Below, piece by piece: positions 62,112-64,000 of a stretch of DNA of 64,000 nucleotides. The notes under the pieces were generated by a model that ran no database searches, was not told the origin of the DNA, and was given only the letters and a program-made list of their open reading frames with translations. The stretch lies in contig OZ024748.1 in NCBI GenBank assembly GCA_964016885.1, positions 32,798,001 through 32,862,000 on the forward strand. The letters run 5' to 3'. The position numbers were made by a program, and so were the translations under genes. Within the stretch, counting starts at the first letter, position 1. Each line of letters opens with the position of its first letter. Source of the DNA: Eledone cirrhosa (lineage: Eukaryota).

Positions 62112-62153
62112 TATCACTACAATATTGATAACCTGAAATTTTATATATATATG

Positions 62154-62302
<149 letters not shown>

Positions 62303-62319
62303 ATATATATGTATATATG

Positions 62320-62352
<33 letters not shown>

Positions 62353-62361
62353 GTATATATG

Positions 62362-62394
<33 letters not shown>

Positions 62395-62396
62395 GG

Positions 62397-62544
<148 letters not shown>

Positions 62545-62547
62545 GTG

Positions 62548-62746
<199 letters not shown>

Positions 62747-62823
62747 GTATATATATAACCTGTGTATTTGCTGGCATTAGCGTACATCTGTGCGCTTATG
62801 TTAGTTGATATATTAAATTATCT

Positions 62824-62904
<81 letters not shown>

Positions 62905-64000
62905 TACATATACATACATATATATATATATATAAGAAATACTTATGAAAAACTCTTAATTGCTAGTGCTAACTCCTTCGTAAAAAGGGATTAGATGGCA
63001 TGCTTTCCACTATGATATTAATAGGAATAGGACTGACCCCAAGCATAGAACTCCTTTCAATAACTTTGACTTCAAAACTTATAAGAGCCCACCACATAAT
63101 GTTCTATTAGATAATTTTGAAAATGACTTACTTTCACTTGTCAAAAATATTAAGTATAGGCCATATAATAGACATGGAAATTATAATAAGTTTGACAGGT
63201 TCCAGTCTAGACTTAAAAATATTGTTAAGGGTTTTAGAGCGAATAAGTCTATTCTTGTCCCGGCTGATAAGACTAAGAATCTATACTCTATGGATTACAG
63301 GGCTTACCGTAATTTTATTTATAAGGAGCTGCATAGAAATTATAAAAAGACTACGCAGGATAATTTGAACCATATCAATAGTGAGGGTCTTAAGATAGGG
63401 AATTGAATTAAGAATGCATATACCCTAATGCATATACCAGCAGGCTACCAGCATTGTTGTTATTCAGTAGCAGTGAAAATCTCCTTCTTCCTTAATTGAC
63501 ACTTTATAATTAATACTACTACACCAAACGACCAGCCCTGTCCATTGTTCAATTGGTCAAGTATAGATTAAAATAGGCACTCCCAAAAATTCTGATTTAG
63601 ATAAAATAAACCATATACTCATTGTATTCTCATTAGAAACCCTTTATATACTTGTTTACCAGTAAATTGAATTGCCATCTGTCATATACTATCCCCTCTC
63701 TTCTTCCTTTATTAAAACTAATATAAATACTTCAATTTTTCTGATTTTTTCCAATTTATCCAATATCTCTGATGAAGTGACAACTGATTATACATTTGCT
63801 ATCGAATATTTGCTAACATTATATGATTACGCAAGCAGCGATACATAGGTATTCCGTCTGTTACAGAAAGATATGTCAATACCTAAGAAATTCCTTTTTA
63901 AAAAAAAAGCACTTTCATTTTATATTCCTCTTTTCTACATTTACTCCGGAATATAATTTATACTCATTGAGCAAACCTACACGTACGCTGTTCATCTCTA

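Overview
AT-rich animal DNA with no recognisable host gene. It resembles a cephalopod (Octopus-like) genome, an inference from SINE and microsatellite style only. The window is one large degenerate (TA)n/(TG)n microsatellite field into which many retroelements have inserted. These include Penelope-like elements (PLEs) of at least three clades (Naiad-, Neptune- and Nematis-like; RT + GIY-YIG), RTE-type LINE fragments, tRNA-headed SINEs, and small non-coding hammerhead-ribozyme (HHR) repeats (retrozyme-like). Almost all long ORFs in the ORF track are microsatellite artefacts. Reading the non-coding parts by eye gave about 20 HHR or HHR-like motifs from about 9 families. The top finding is a non-circularly permuted hammerhead (strand order C-B-A) with a predicted kink-turn and cross-copy covariation, carried in the direct repeats of a 753-nt retrozyme-like unit (23161-24223; diverged copy at 16329). 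The second is that many insertions are fold-back structures whose turn-around point coincides with a hammerhead helix, producing MITE-like palindromes that keep only the GAAA half of the ribozyme. All RNA structures are manual predictions; nothing was computed or searched.
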